This document shows, piece after piece, positions 1 through 10,300 of a stretch of DNA of 60,050 nt (its first letter is position 1; every line of letters starts with the position of its first letter). Source of the stretch: an uncultured Gammaproteobacteria bacterium (lineage in GTDB: Bacteria; Patescibacteriota; Patescibacteriia; Magasanikbacterales; GWA2-37-8); NCBI GenBank assembly GCA_964478235.1, contig CAYZGX010000006.1, positions 1-60,050 on the forward strand. The letters are read 5' to 3'. A model generated the notes under the pieces. It saw only the letters and a program-made list of their open reading frames with translations. It did not search any database and was not told where the DNA came from. A program made the position numbers and the translations under genes.

Positions 1-758
<758 letters not shown>

Positions 759-874
759 CTGGAGATACTTAGTCGAAAGACTATGATCTTCGTCGAATAG
801 ACGTTATCGCAAGATAACGGGCTATAAAGGTAGATAGTATGCGTTTTTGTCACATCTGTATTTGTCAAAAAAAT

Positions 875-903
875 CAGCCCCACAAGGGCTGGTTTTTGTT
901 TTT
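875..903 (+). terminator. Intrinsic terminator downstream of 16S
   Basis: Stem CAGCCC (875-880) / GGGCTG (886-891), loop CACAA, then GTTTTTGTTTTT. Confidence 0.6.
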
Positions 904-922
904 AAAAAGATTTTTTAATTAT

Positions 923-950
923 AAAAAAACAGCCGGCTCTAAGCTGGCTG
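923..950 (-). terminator. Intrinsic terminator for the minus-strand ORF 967..1314
   Basis: On the minus strand, CAGCCAGC-TTAGA-GCCGGCTG is followed by a T7 run (plus-strand A-tract 923-929). Confidence 0.55.
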
Positions 951-966
951 CTGTAAGATAGTAGAG

Positions 967-1314
967 TTAGGCAGCGCGACGGATCTCGCCGGTAGCTGGC
1001 TTGGAGCCTGGTTTTTTAGTTTGGGCATCACGTTTTTTCCACCAGTCGCCACCAGCGTCTAGGCTGAGCTCGTCTTTTGATAGGTCGTCTCCGCCTGTAG
1101 CGAGCTGTTTGGCGTCAATTTCCCGATAACCACTGATTAAATTGTCCTTCTTGGTTGGTTTTCCAGCCTCAGCTTCTCGTTTGGCCTTCATTTCGGCATT
1201 AAACGATTCGGCAGCGCGGTGCATGTCCATCATGGATTCTCGCATAAAGAATAGGTTAGAGATAAGTTGTGCGTAGTGTAACATAGCTCCAAAAAACCGG
1301 CCATATGGCGCCAC
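967..1314 (-). CDS. Hypothetical protein (start uncertain)
   Basis: 115-aa ORF with a matching downstream terminator. No convincing SD before the GTG at 1314, and no recognisable family motifs. Confidence 0.35.
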   Translation of the reverse strand: MAPYGRFFGAMLHYAQLISNLFFMRESMMDMHRAAESFNAEMKAKREAEAGKPTKKDNLISGYREIDAKQLATGGDDLSKDELSLDAGGDWWKKRDAQTKKPGSKPATGEIRRAA

Positions 1315-1335
1315 AAGAAGAGGGGGTGGGCCATC

Positions 1336-1364
1336 TTGACGTCTTAGCCTATTTTTTGTATACT
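1336..1364 (+). promoter_or_regulatory. Sigma70-type promoter for the tRNA pair
   Basis: TTGACG (1336-1341), 17 nt, TATACT (1359-1364), 20 nt upstream of tRNA-Val. Confidence 0.6.
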
Positions 1365-1383
1365 GTTCGTACCTTTGGCATTC

Positions 1384-1457
1384 GGACCTATAGCTCAGCT
1401 GGTTAGAGCGTTACATTGACATTGTAAAGGCCAGTGGTTCGAGTCCACTTAGGTCCA
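1384..1457 (+). tRNA. tRNA-Val (anticodon GAC)
   Basis: Hand-folded cloverleaf: acceptor GGACCTA/TAGGTCC, D arm GCTC..GAGC, anticodon stem TTACA/TGTAA with loop TTGACAT, T arm AGTGG-TTCGAGT-CCACT. 74 nt, no encoded CCA. Confidence 0.95.
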
Positions 1458-1472
1458 CAGGTAAAAATATAC

Positions 1473-1546
1473 GGGCGTGTAGCTCAGATGGTTAGAGCGC
1501 GTCACTGATAATGACGAGGTCCCAAGTTCGATTCTTGGCACGCCCA
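1473..1546 (+). tRNA. tRNA-Ile (anticodon GAT)
   Basis: Acceptor GGGCGTG/CACGCCC, anticodon stem CGTCA/TGACG with loop CTGATAA, T arm CCAAG-TTCGATT-CTTGG. 74 nt. Confidence 0.95.
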
Positions 1547-1556
1547 CTCAGATAAG

Positions 1557-1583
1557 ACAGATCAGACACGATCTGTTTTATTA
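1557..1583 (+). terminator. Intrinsic terminator after tRNA-Ile
   Basis: ACAGATC (1557-1563) / GATCTGT (1570-1576), loop AGACAC, then TTTTATTAT. Confidence 0.6.
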
Positions 1584-1595
1584 TAGAAGTACACT

Positions 1596-2867
1596 ATGGA
1601 ACAAGTTATTATTGAAAAAATTGTCTTCGGCGGGCAGGGGATGGGTCGCCTTGGTAACAAGGTTGTTTTTATTTGGGGCGCACTGCCGGGCGAGACAGTT
1701 ACTTTTCGTGTCACTAAAAAGAAAAAGAATTTTGTTGAAGGAGTAGTTGAAGAAATTATTGTTGCTTCTCCAAGTCGTCTCGCTCCACGCGAAGCTCACT
1801 ATATGTCCTGCTCGCCATGGCAGGTTATTTCCGAAGCTGATGAGGAAAAATGGAAAATAACCATGGCTAAAGAGACCTTTTCTCGCCTTGGAAAATTGAC
1901 TGCACCGGAAAATTTGTCTCTTAAAACCGACAGTCAAAGCTACGGCTATCGCAATAAAATTGAATATAGTTTTGCCCTCAACGAAGCTGGTGAAATTTGC
2001 TTTGCGTTTCATGAACGCGGGCAGTACTGGAAAAGCACTCCGCAAGAGCATTGTTTGTTGGCGAGTGACGCTATCAACGCGACAGCTCACGAGCTGTTGA
2101 CCTGGATTCGCAGTGCCGGCTTTACTGTTGAACAGCTTAAAAATCTGACGGTGCGTAGCAATCTTCAAGGCGAAACAATCGCGGCGTTGTTTACGACCAA
2201 CGAAACCTGGGCAGGTGCTGTGCCAGCTTTACCAAAGAAATGTCTCGGATTTCAGGTGTGGTATTCGTTCCCACTCTCGCCAGCTGCTGTCCCAACAAAA
2301 CTCTTGGCTGAGGCAGGGGAGATGCGATTGTCTGAAAAAGTTCGTGGTGTAGCGCTCACCTACGGTCTCCACAGTTTTTTTCAAATCAATATTCCACTCT
2401 TTGAAATGGCGCTCAATGATATCGCGCCGTATGTTTCCGATGGTCCAGTCGTTGATTATTATGCTGGTGTAGGGTCAATCGGTCTTTCTACCACCACCAA
2501 CAAACAGCCATTAAAAATTATTGAAAGCAACCAAGAGGCAGTAAATTTTGCTAAACATAACGCTGCCGACAACGACCGAACACAGGTGGTGTTCACCGGA
2601 AACTTTGCTGAGCGTGAAACTAAGCAGATTGACCCTCTGGCCACAGTCATTGTCGACCCGCCTCGAGCCGGTCTCGACCCTCGTATGGTTACCACTTTGC
2701 TTGAAGTTCGTCCAAAACGCCTCGTCTATTTATCGTGTGATGTTGCCACTCAGGCTCGCGACCTAGGTCTCTTGACAGAAGGGTATACACCTGTATTTTG
2801 GCAGTTATACAACTTCTTTCCCCGCACCCCGCATATTGAAAGTTTGGTTATTCTAGAGCGAAAATAA
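1596..2867 (+). CDS. SAM-dependent RNA (uracil-5-)-methyltransferase, TrmA/RlmD (RumA) family with N-terminal TRAM-like domain
   Basis: 423 aa. N-terminal TRAM-like beta region (GGQGMGRL..VVFIWGALPGE), FFQIN motif, SAM site VVDYYAGVGSIGL, and VIVDPPRAGL plus YLSCD catalytic-Cys region typical of the family. Confidence 0.85.
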   Translation: MEQVIIEKIVFGGQGMGRLGNKVVFIWGALPGETVTFRVTKKKKNFVEGVVEEIIVASPSRLAPREAHYMSCSPWQVISEADEEKWKITMAKETFSRLGKLTAPENLSLKTDSQSYGYRNKIEYSFALNEAGEICFAFHERGQYWKSTPQEHCLLASDAINATAHELLTWIRSAGFTVEQLKNLTVRSNLQGETIAALFTTNETWAGAVPALPKKCLGFQVWYSFPLSPAAVPTKLLAEAGEMRLSEKVRGVALTYGLHSFFQINIPLFEMALNDIAPYVSDGPVVDYYAGVGSIGLSTTTNKQPLKIIESNQEAVNFAKHNAADNDRTQVVFTGNFAERETKQIDPLATVIVDPPRAGLDPRMVTTLLEVRPKRLVYLSCDVATQARDLGLLTEGYTPVFWQLYNFFPRTPHIESLVILERK

Positions 2868-2871
2868 GCAG

Positions 2872-2900
2872 TTGCCAAAAGCCGTTTTTTAGGGTAAAAT
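2872..2900 (+). promoter_or_regulatory. Sigma70-type promoter upstream of lepB
   Basis: TTGCCA, 17 nt, TAAAAT, ending 18 nt before the ATG at 2918. Confidence 0.5.
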
Positions 2901-2917
2901 GAGCTACATACTATTTT

Positions 2918-3517
2918 ATGTCCACCAATCATTCCCCAAGCAGTCGCCCTCTCGACGGAGACGATAAGACAACTAAAGAGATTGTTCTCGAGCTCCTCAA
3001 GCTCGTTGTTTTGGCAGTTTCCACCATCGTTATCATCCGCCATTTTCTCTTCAAGCCGTTCTACGTCAAAGGCGCTTCTATGGAGCCAAATTTCTTTGAT
3101 CACGAATATTTGGTGATTGATGAGTTGTCATACCGACTCCGTGAACCAGCTCGTGGGGACGTGGTTGTCTTCCGCTATCCAAATGATCCAAAAGAATTTT
3201 TCCTAAAACGTATTATTGGTTTGCCGGGAGAGCGAATTAAGATTGCCGAAGGAACTATTACTATCTACAACTCCGCCCACCCAGAAGGAAAAGAGCTCCA
3301 CGAATCCTATCTACCAACTGATCTCTTCACTATCGGCGAAGAGACGGCGGTAATTGGCGAAAACGAATATTACGTGATGGGGGATAATCGCTCTAATAGC
3401 TTTGACTCTCGCCGCTTTGGCGCTGTCAACAAAAGTGCGATTGTCGGACGAGCCTGGTTCCGCGGTTGGCCATTTTCTAGAATTGAAAAATTTGAAGCCC
3501 CACTATTTAATTTATAA
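2918..3517 (+). CDS. lepB: Signal peptidase I
   Basis: N-terminal TM segment, catalytic-Ser box GASMEPNF, RGDVVVF, KRIIGLPGE and GDNRSNSFDSR boxes. Confidence 0.9.
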   Translation: MSTNHSPSSRPLDGDDKTTKEIVLELLKLVVLAVSTIVIIRHFLFKPFYVKGASMEPNFFDHEYLVIDELSYRLREPARGDVVVFRYPNDPKEFFLKRIIGLPGERIKIAEGTITIYNSAHPEGKELHESYLPTDLFTIGEETAVIGENEYYVMGDNRSNSFDSRRFGAVNKSAIVGRAWFRGWPFSRIEKFEAPLFNL

Positions 3518-3537
3518 GGTTGTCGAGTATCCTATTT

Positions 3538-4938
3538 ATGAAACCAAAAAAACCAGCTGTTAAAAACAGCAAAGAACAACCAAAAAAAGATAAAAAACCA
3601 GCTAAGCCAGCTGCTGTTCCAGCCGGTGAAGCTAAGCCAGCCAACAAAAAGACCTACAACGTCTTGCGTGGCATGCGTGACATTCTTCCAAAAGAAGAAA
3701 AGTATTGGAAAAAACTCTACCACACCGCTGAAGGTTTGGCTGAGTACTTCCAGTTTGGCCGCATTGAAACTCCGCTTCTCGAAGAGGCTAATTTGTTTAT
3801 CCGCTCTATCGGCAAGGGGACTGATGTGGTTGATAAAGAAATGTATTTGTTTGAAGATAAGGACGGTTCTCGTGTCTGTTTGCGCCCTGAAGCCACTGCT
3901 TCGGTGGTTCGCGCCTATATCGGCAACGGTATGTGGAACATGTCTCAGCCGGTCAAAGTTTGGTACTGGGGTCCAATGTTTCGCCATGATCGCCCACAGG
4001 CTAATCGCTACCGTGAATTTTTTCAAGTTGGTTTTGAAACCCTTGGCGCCAAAGACCCATCAGCTGATGCTGAGCTTATTTTAAGCGCTTGGAACTTCTG
4101 TAAAGATATTAGTTTGCCAGTGGAAATTCGCATCAACAGTATTGGTACTGTTGAAGAACGCGAGCGTTATATCAACGAATTGACCAGTTATTACCGCTCC
4201 AAAAAGAGTTATCTCTGTGAAGATTGTCGCAATCGTATCACTAAAAACCCACTTCGTTTGCTTGATTGTAAAGAAGCTGGTTGTCAGCCAATCAAAGAAG
4301 GTATTCCACACATTCTCGACTGGCTCGAAGAAGATTCCAAAAATTATTTCATGAAAGTTTTGGAATATCTTGATGAATTGTCTATTCCTTACACCCTCAC
4401 CCCAACATTGGTGCGCGGTCTTGATTATTACACTCACACCGTTTTTGAACTTTTCCCAACGATTGGCGAAGAGGGGAGCCAAAGCGCAATTGGTGGCGGT
4501 GGACGCTACGATCTCTTAATTGAAGAGTTGGGCGGCAAGCCAACCCCAGCTGCTGGCTTTGCGCTTGGTGTTGATCGTGTCGTGAGCGCTCTCAAACGAG
4601 CTAACGAAGAGAATAAAGTCGTTATGCCTGAGCCAAAATATGATATTTTCTTTGCTCAGCTTGGTGATGAAGCTAAACGTCTCTCTTTGCGCCTTATTGA
4701 CGAGCTCCGTAAGTCAAACGTCAAAGTTGCTTTCAACTTCTTCAAAAACTCTCTCAAAACTCAGTTAGAGATCGCGAACACCCTCAAGGTATCTTATGTT
4801 ATTATCCTCGGACAAAAAGAAGTCCAGGACAAAAGTGTCATTATTCGCGATATGGAATCCGGTGTTCAGGAAATTGTTGACCAGAAAAAGCTGGAAAATA
4901 TCGTGCAGAAAAAGCTTGGTTTGACGGTGACCGAATAA
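3538..4938 (+). CDS. hisS: Histidine--tRNA ligase with Lys-rich N-terminal extension
   Basis: Class II HisRS motifs: LRGMRDILP, LRPEATASVVRAY, YWGPMFRHDRPQANRYREFFQ, GGGGRYD, GFALGVDR. The first ATG is at 3538; the ORF track begins at a TTG at 3520. Confidence 0.9.
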   Translation: MKPKKPAVKNSKEQPKKDKKPAKPAAVPAGEAKPANKKTYNVLRGMRDILPKEEKYWKKLYHTAEGLAEYFQFGRIETPLLEEANLFIRSIGKGTDVVDKEMYLFEDKDGSRVCLRPEATASVVRAYIGNGMWNMSQPVKVWYWGPMFRHDRPQANRYREFFQVGFETLGAKDPSADAELILSAWNFCKDISLPVEIRINSIGTVEERERYINELTSYYRSKKSYLCEDCRNRITKNPLRLLDCKEAGCQPIKEGIPHILDWLEEDSKNYFMKVLEYLDELSIPYTLTPTLVRGLDYYTHTVFELFPTIGEEGSQSAIGGGGRYDLLIEELGGKPTPAAGFALGVDRVVSALKRANEENKVVMPEPKYDIFFAQLGDEAKRLSLRLIDELRKSNVKVAFNFFKNSLKTQLEIANTLKVSYVIILGQKEVQDKSVIIRDMESGVQEIVDQKKLENIVQKKLGLTVTE

Positions 4939-4988
4939 CCCCCAGTGGATAAGTGTCAAAAACCGCTTAGCTTAGCCAAATAGACCAT

Positions 4989-5017
4989 TTGACGTTTTCG
5001 CTAAAAAGCGGTATACT
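4989..5017 (+). promoter_or_regulatory. Sigma70-type promoter upstream of rpsU
   Basis: TTGACG (4989-4994), 17 nt, TATACT (5012-5017). Same architecture as the tRNA promoter. Confidence 0.6.
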
Positions 5018-5064
5018 ATTTTGTAGTTATTAATCTTAACAGAAAGGATAGGAGGTGAACTCCT

Positions 5065-5301
5065 GTGGCCGGCATTAAACGAAAAAAGAACGAATCATTC
5101 GAAGCATACATGCGTCGGGTGAAAAAAGTCTGGCAACAATCTGGTAAAGTATTACAAGTCAAAAAGACACAATACTTTAAAGGTGAAAAAAGTCGTAACG
5201 TACGACGTAAAAGCGCCTTACACCGCTTAGCAGTAGCTGATAAAATCAACTACTTGAAGAAGATTGGTCGCTTACCAGAAGATACATTCAAAAGAAAATA
5301 A
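5065..5301 (+). CDS. rpsU: 30S ribosomal protein S21
   Basis: 78-aa very basic protein. The pattern ESFEAYMRRVKKVWQQSGKVLQVKKTQYF..KSRNVRRKSA matches S21 (xxFExALRRFKR..GxxxExRRRxxYEKP..R). GTG start preceded by AGGAGGTG. Confidence 0.8.
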   Translation: MAGIKRKKNESFEAYMRRVKKVWQQSGKVLQVKKTQYFKGEKSRNVRRKSALHRLAVADKINYLKKIGRLPEDTFKRK

Positions 5302-5350
5302 AACCTGATCTATCGTTTGATAGAGAGTTTTTATCTAACCTCCATTGCTC

Positions 5351-7369
5351 ATGCTTCAATGGATTATGATACAGCTCAAATGTCTTCAGACAAAAACCAC
5401 CGTTATTATAGGGGTAACGACGGTGTTTTTTTGTTTTTTGTTTGGCTTTAGCCAGCCGGTTTTGGCGCAAACCATCGGCGACAGTGCCGCTCTCGACACA
5501 GGGCTTACGCAGGTTGAGCAATCTGGACTCGTCAATACCGACATTCGGGTAGTTGTTGCTCGTGTTATCCAAGTAGCCCTCGGCCTGCTTGGTATTATTT
5601 TTTTAATCATCATCATTTACGGCGGATATTTATACATGACTGCTGGCGGCAATCAGGAGCAAGTAGCCTCAGCAAAAAAAGTCCTCACCAATTCAGGTGT
5701 TGGCTTAATTATCATTCTGAGCGCCTATTCCATTGTGCTTTTGGTGATGCGCATGCTCGGTATTGGAGCTGAGTCAGCTGTTAATCTTGGAGATATTTTG
5801 GGCGGCACAAATGAAACTTCCGAACAAAACTTCTCTGGAGTCGGCGGTTTGGGTGGTTTGATCAAAGACCATTTCCCAGCTCGCGATCAAAAAGACGTTG
5901 CTCGCAACGCCAAAATTATCATCACTTTTAAAAAATCAATTCTTCTTTCGTCGGTTGTTGAAAATACGAACGGTAGTAAAAATGCCTCTGGTCAGGATTT
6001 ACTTGGTGACTGTATCAATGTCGGGGCGGCTATGAAATGGGAAACTGACTGCGACACTTTGAAAAAAGGTACTGATCTTATCAGTATTAAACAAACTGCC
6101 ACCGGCGAAGAAGTTCGCGGGGCGACTGTTTTGTCGGCTATAGAAAATGGTAATTATTATACTTTAGTTATTCGTCCGTTTGATGCTCTTGGTAACGCTT
6201 CAAATAAGCTCGGCTATACAGTTAGAATCGGTAAAAATGTATTAGAAGCTGATGGTGGGCAATCACTCTTTGAGGGGCGTTCAGCCGGCCGTGATTTCTA
6301 TGATTGGCAATTTTTCACCAACACTGTACTCGACACCTCAGCTCCTGTCGTCACTTCCGTTTTTCCAGAAAATGCCTCCACTGAAAGTAAAAACAGTGTT
6401 ATCCAGATTAGTTTTAGCGAGGCCATGGATCCAACCGGGCTCCAAGGTTCTTTTGTAGCTCAAGGTGACCACTATGCTGTTAATGGTGGCACTATTTTCT
6501 TAAAAAGCGACAACAGCTCTGTTCCAGTTGGTGATTTTCGTTTAGTAAATAATTACAAAACCTTAGAATTTACCCCTGCAAAAGAATGCGGCCAAAATAG
6601 CTGTGGCGGCAAAATTTTCTGCTTGCCAGTTTGTGATGAGACAGGGGCAAGTTGCCAAAAGGATGCCTATAAAGTTTTAGTCAAAGCAGCGACAGCCTTT
6701 AGTGCTAGCTCGTTTGAATCAGCGCCGTTCACTGGTGCAGCTGATCTCGCTGGTAATGCGCTTGATGGTAATCGTAACGGCCGAGTAGACGTCGCTTCTT
6801 CCACTGGTGCAGTTTTTCCAACTCAAGAAAAACCAGACAACTTTGTCTGGGGCTTTAGTCTCACCAATCAAGTAGACGCTACTGAACCATATCTCAAAAA
6901 AGTAACTCCTGGCCCAGATGCGCAAAATGTCGCTCCAGATCAAGATTTAACCTTGCTTTTCAGCAAGCGTATGCGAGTTGAGCCTCTCTACTCAATTGAT
7001 ATTGAAGAAAAACCAACTCCAACCGAACCGGTCTGTGTGGTGCCAACAGCTTTCTTCAACAGCGACGGCACAACGCTTGTTCGGCTGAACCACTGCCCAT
7101 TCGTTGTCGATGCTAACCATTATTATTATCCAATCGTTGATTCACAAGTTGAAGACGTGAAGTTTAATTGTTTCTTCCCAGGCAAAGGGCCAATTTCCAC
7201 TGACCAAGCGACCAAAGCTTCGCTCGTCTGTGATGAAAATCGCCCTGATCGCTGTTGCCAAGTAGATAACACCCCTGATAACTCTTTCTGCTGTAACGGT
7301 TTGACAAGTATTACTAGTAAAACAGCTTGTTTGAACGCGCTTAAAGCGGGGAGCCCGATAGAGCCATAA
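5351..7369 (+). CDS. Surface protein: signal peptide + conjugative-pilin-like two-helix anchor + SbsA-type Ig-like domains + Cys-rich C-terminus
   Basis: Signal peptide ..FGFSQPVLAQT. Anchor TDIRVVVARVIQVALGLLGIIFLIIIIYGGYLYMTAGGNQEQVASAKKVLTNSGVGLIIILSAY. Ig-like signatures DTSAPVVTSVFPEN..ISFSEAMDP and DATEPYLKKVTPGPDAQNV..LLFSKRM. Start is ambiguous (TTG 5345, ATG 5351 or ATG 5366). Confidence 0.85.
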   Translation: MLQWIMIQLKCLQTKTTVIIGVTTVFFCFLFGFSQPVLAQTIGDSAALDTGLTQVEQSGLVNTDIRVVVARVIQVALGLLGIIFLIIIIYGGYLYMTAGGNQEQVASAKKVLTNSGVGLIIILSAYSIVLLVMRMLGIGAESAVNLGDILGGTNETSEQNFSGVGGLGGLIKDHFPARDQKDVARNAKIIITFKKSILLSSVVENTNGSKNASGQDLLGDCINVGAAMKWETDCDTLKKGTDLISIKQTATGEEVRGATVLSAIENGNYYTLVIRPFDALGNASNKLGYTVRIGKNVLEADGGQSLFEGRSAGRDFYDWQFFTNTVLDTSAPVVTSVFPENASTESKNSVIQISFSEAMDPTGLQGSFVAQGDHYAVNGGTIFLKSDNSSVPVGDFRLVNNYKTLEFTPAKECGQNSCGGKIFCLPVCDETGASCQKDAYKVLVKAATAFSASSFESAPFTGAADLAGNALDGNRNGRVDVASSTGAVFPTQEKPDNFVWGFSLTNQVDATEPYLKKVTPGPDAQNVAPDQDLTLLFSKRMRVEPLYSIDIEEKPTPTEPVCVVPTAFFNSDGTTLVRLNHCPFVVDANHYYYPIVDSQVEDVKFNCFFPGKGPISTDQATKASLVCDENRPDRCCQVDNTPDNSFCCNGLTSITSKTACLNALKAGSPIEP

Positions 7370-7383
7370 TTTTCTAACTACCT

Positions 7384-10300
7384 ATGTCATTGTTTCGTTC
7401 ACTTGTCGTGCGAACTTTATTCACTACCACTCTCGTGGTTGGATTAGTATCCCTTTTCTCGTTGGTAGCGCTACCGGCCGAGCCAGCCTTGGCGCAGTCG
7501 GCTAGCTCTTCCTTAGATTTGGGTTTGAGCGCTGGTGCCGAAACAGGTCTTTCTAACACCGATATTAGAATTACTATCGCTCGTATTATTCGGGTGGCTC
7601 TTGGGCTTCTTGGTATTATTGCTTTGGTTTTGACTCTTTACGGCGGTTTTGTGTACATGACAGCCGCTGGTAATGAAGAAAAAATCGCACAAGCAAAAAA
7701 AATTCTTCTCAACGCTGGCGTTGGTTTGGTAATCATTCTTTCAGCTTTTGGAATTGTCAGCTTTGTTATTAGTAGCTTGGTTGGAGCAACCACAGGAGAC
7801 GGCGGTATTAGTATTGATGGTGGCAGTGGTGGCGAAGATGACGGCGGTGGCGGTGGTGGTTTTAGTCAATCATTTTACGTCTCAAGTTTGCCTCAAGTGG
7901 GTGCTGTTTGTATCCGCAACATTAAATTGGCAGTTCAGTTTAATAAAGATGTTGATTTGACCACAGTTGCTAATAACATTGTGGTTCAAGATACAACCTT
8001 GGCCGATCAGCCAGTCGCTGGTAGTTGGGACTATAGTTCCACCAGTACAAAAAACAGAATTGTCTTTTCGCCCGAAGGCTCATGTGCTCCAAGTGTCGGT
8101 AATGATTGTTTGAAGCCAGCAACTGCCTACAAATTAAATTTTGTTAATCCGGGAAACATTAAAACGCTCAGTAAAGCACCGGAGATGACACTCAATTGTC
8201 GTTTACGAGCTGGTTGTGGCCCGGTAGATTTCACCAGTGGTGATGGTGTTGATAGATTACCACCAACCGTGACCATTAATTATCCAACCACTGCCACCGT
8301 GCTGGAGGCCGGTGCTTCTGTGCCTGTCGCTATCACTTACACTGATGATAACGGTGTGCAAGGTTTGGATTTGCGCCGAAAGATTGCCGGGAACGACGTC
8401 TTTGTTGATTCAGTCTCGTTTGCTGGTTGTAAAAAAACTGACACCGTGACAATTAACTGGCCAACGCGCACTGCTGATGCTGGAGCAGTTATCTTGGAAT
8501 CGTCAGTGATTGACTGGGCTGGTTTATCAGCCAAAGATACACAGTCAGCCACCCTTCGCCCAAGTCATTGTTTCAACGGTGTCGTTGACAACACTCTCGG
8601 CGAAGAGGAATTAGGTCCGCCAGAATGTGGTGGGGTGTGCGGTGCTTGCGGTGGAACAACTTGTACCACCAGCGGATCATGTGCGAGCGGTGTTTGTAGC
8701 TCGGGTGTCTGCGCGAACGTCATGAAAATTACCCGTTTCTCACCAGCCAGCGGTGCTCCGGGAACATTTGTAACTATTGTTGGTCAATTTTTTGGTACTA
8801 AGCCAGGTAAAGTATTTTTTGCCACCAAAGATGCTCCAGTGGTAGAAAATGCCAGTGACTGGGTAGAAGCTGGACTCGTTACTTGTGGTGGGGCAGTTGG
8901 TAGTTGGGGGAGTGGTCAGATTATTGTTCGAGTGCCAGCTGGCATTGCGTCATACGCTCACATTAAAGTTGAGTCTGCTCCGTTTTTGAATGCGAGCGGT
9001 GCTCAAACAAAAAATATTGATTCTACCTCACGTCATATTGAACTTAATCCATTTGAATCAAACAATGTTGTTCGTCCAAGCATTTGTTCAGTTAGTCCAG
9101 TAAGTGGTAAGCCGGGCGACACTGTCACTGTTCGCGGTGTTGGTTTTGGTGTTTTAAGTAGCGCTACCGACGCTGTATTGTTTGGTGATACCGAAGCAAC
9201 CGTCGCTCAAAATGCTAGCGGTCAGAGCGCTTGGTCGGACACGCAAATCAGTGTCACTGTGCCAGCTGTTGAAGCTGGGGCAGTCGGCCTTACTGTTGCC
9301 AAAAACGATGTTGATAGCAATAGTGTTCGCTTCACTATTGAACAAGGTGTTGACAGTGGTTTACCAACCATCACCAGTGTTTCTCCAGCGGTCTCTCCAG
9401 CTGGCGGGTATATTACGCTTACTGGTAGAAATTTTGGTAGTCGTTTGGGAACAGTTACTTTTAAAACATCAGCCGGCGCCTCAAGTATTTTAGGGGATTT
9501 TTCTTTCCCAGCCGCCTGCCGTGAAACTGTCTGGACCGACAATAGTATAATTGTTAAGTTTCCAAAAAATGCCGGAGTTGTTGGACAAAAATATGCTATT
9601 CAGGTGACGTCGGCTAATGCTGAAACAAGTGTTTTTGACAGTAGTCAAGCGGTAACGTTGGCGAGTGGTGATCCATCGCCAAGTATTTGTGCGATTTCTC
9701 CAGCTTCAGCACCTGATCCATTTCCAGCGGGTCAGACTGTTAAAATTTATGGCGACTATTTTGTCACGGCCAGTGCTCCATCGCCAACAATTTATTTTTC
9801 CACCGCGGGCGCTAGCGCCAACAGCACTTCCACCGGTCGCGTCGCTGTTTCGAGCGCTAATATCATTCAAGTTACCACCAATGCTGCCACGGTTGTTCCT
9901 CCGGTTGGTATTTCTACCGGTCCGGTTTCAATTTATCGTCCAACTGATAATCAGCTGAGTAATCCAGCCCAATTCGGCATCTTTGATTGCCGTAGTGGTG
10001 GCACGTGTGGCGAAGGTACTCGCTGTTGTTCGGCAGGTGCTCAGGCTGGTCTTTGTAAGGCTGATACAGAACTGTGCAGTGGCGAAGTGCTATCTGCTGG
10101 TTACGTCTGGCGTTTTGCCACCAAAGATATTCCGCCAGTGCCTCGTGTTGTTGAACGCTGTGACGATGTTGTGTCCGAAGGCTTAGCTTTGCCGTCGCCA
10201 GCTCCAAGCACTCAGTGGGACGCTAATCAGGCAGGGGATAGTTACAAAGTATGTCGAAGTGCTCTCGCGACAGTTGAGTTTACTGCTTTTCTTGATCCAA

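Noticed and set aside
759-1383. Expected 16S-tRNA-23S operon continuation
   Set aside because: No 23S- or 5S-like sequence follows. Terminators and a convergent ORF occupy the spacer instead, and the tRNAs have their own promoter.
1581-2168. 195-aa minus-strand ORF
   Set aside because: It is antisense to the well-supported methyltransferase gene, shows low-complexity translation, and has no motifs or SD.
3532-4482. ORFs 3532..4026 (-), 3626..4084 (+) and 4081..4482 (-)
   Set aside because: These are shadow frames of hisS, whose own frame carries all class II HisRS motifs.
7837-7862. GGC/GGT run (GGCGGTGGCGGTGGTGGT) as a possible slipped-strand phase-variation tract
   Set aside because: It is an imperfect trinucleotide repeat that encodes the Gly linker. 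Length changes would stay in frame, so it is not an on/off switch.
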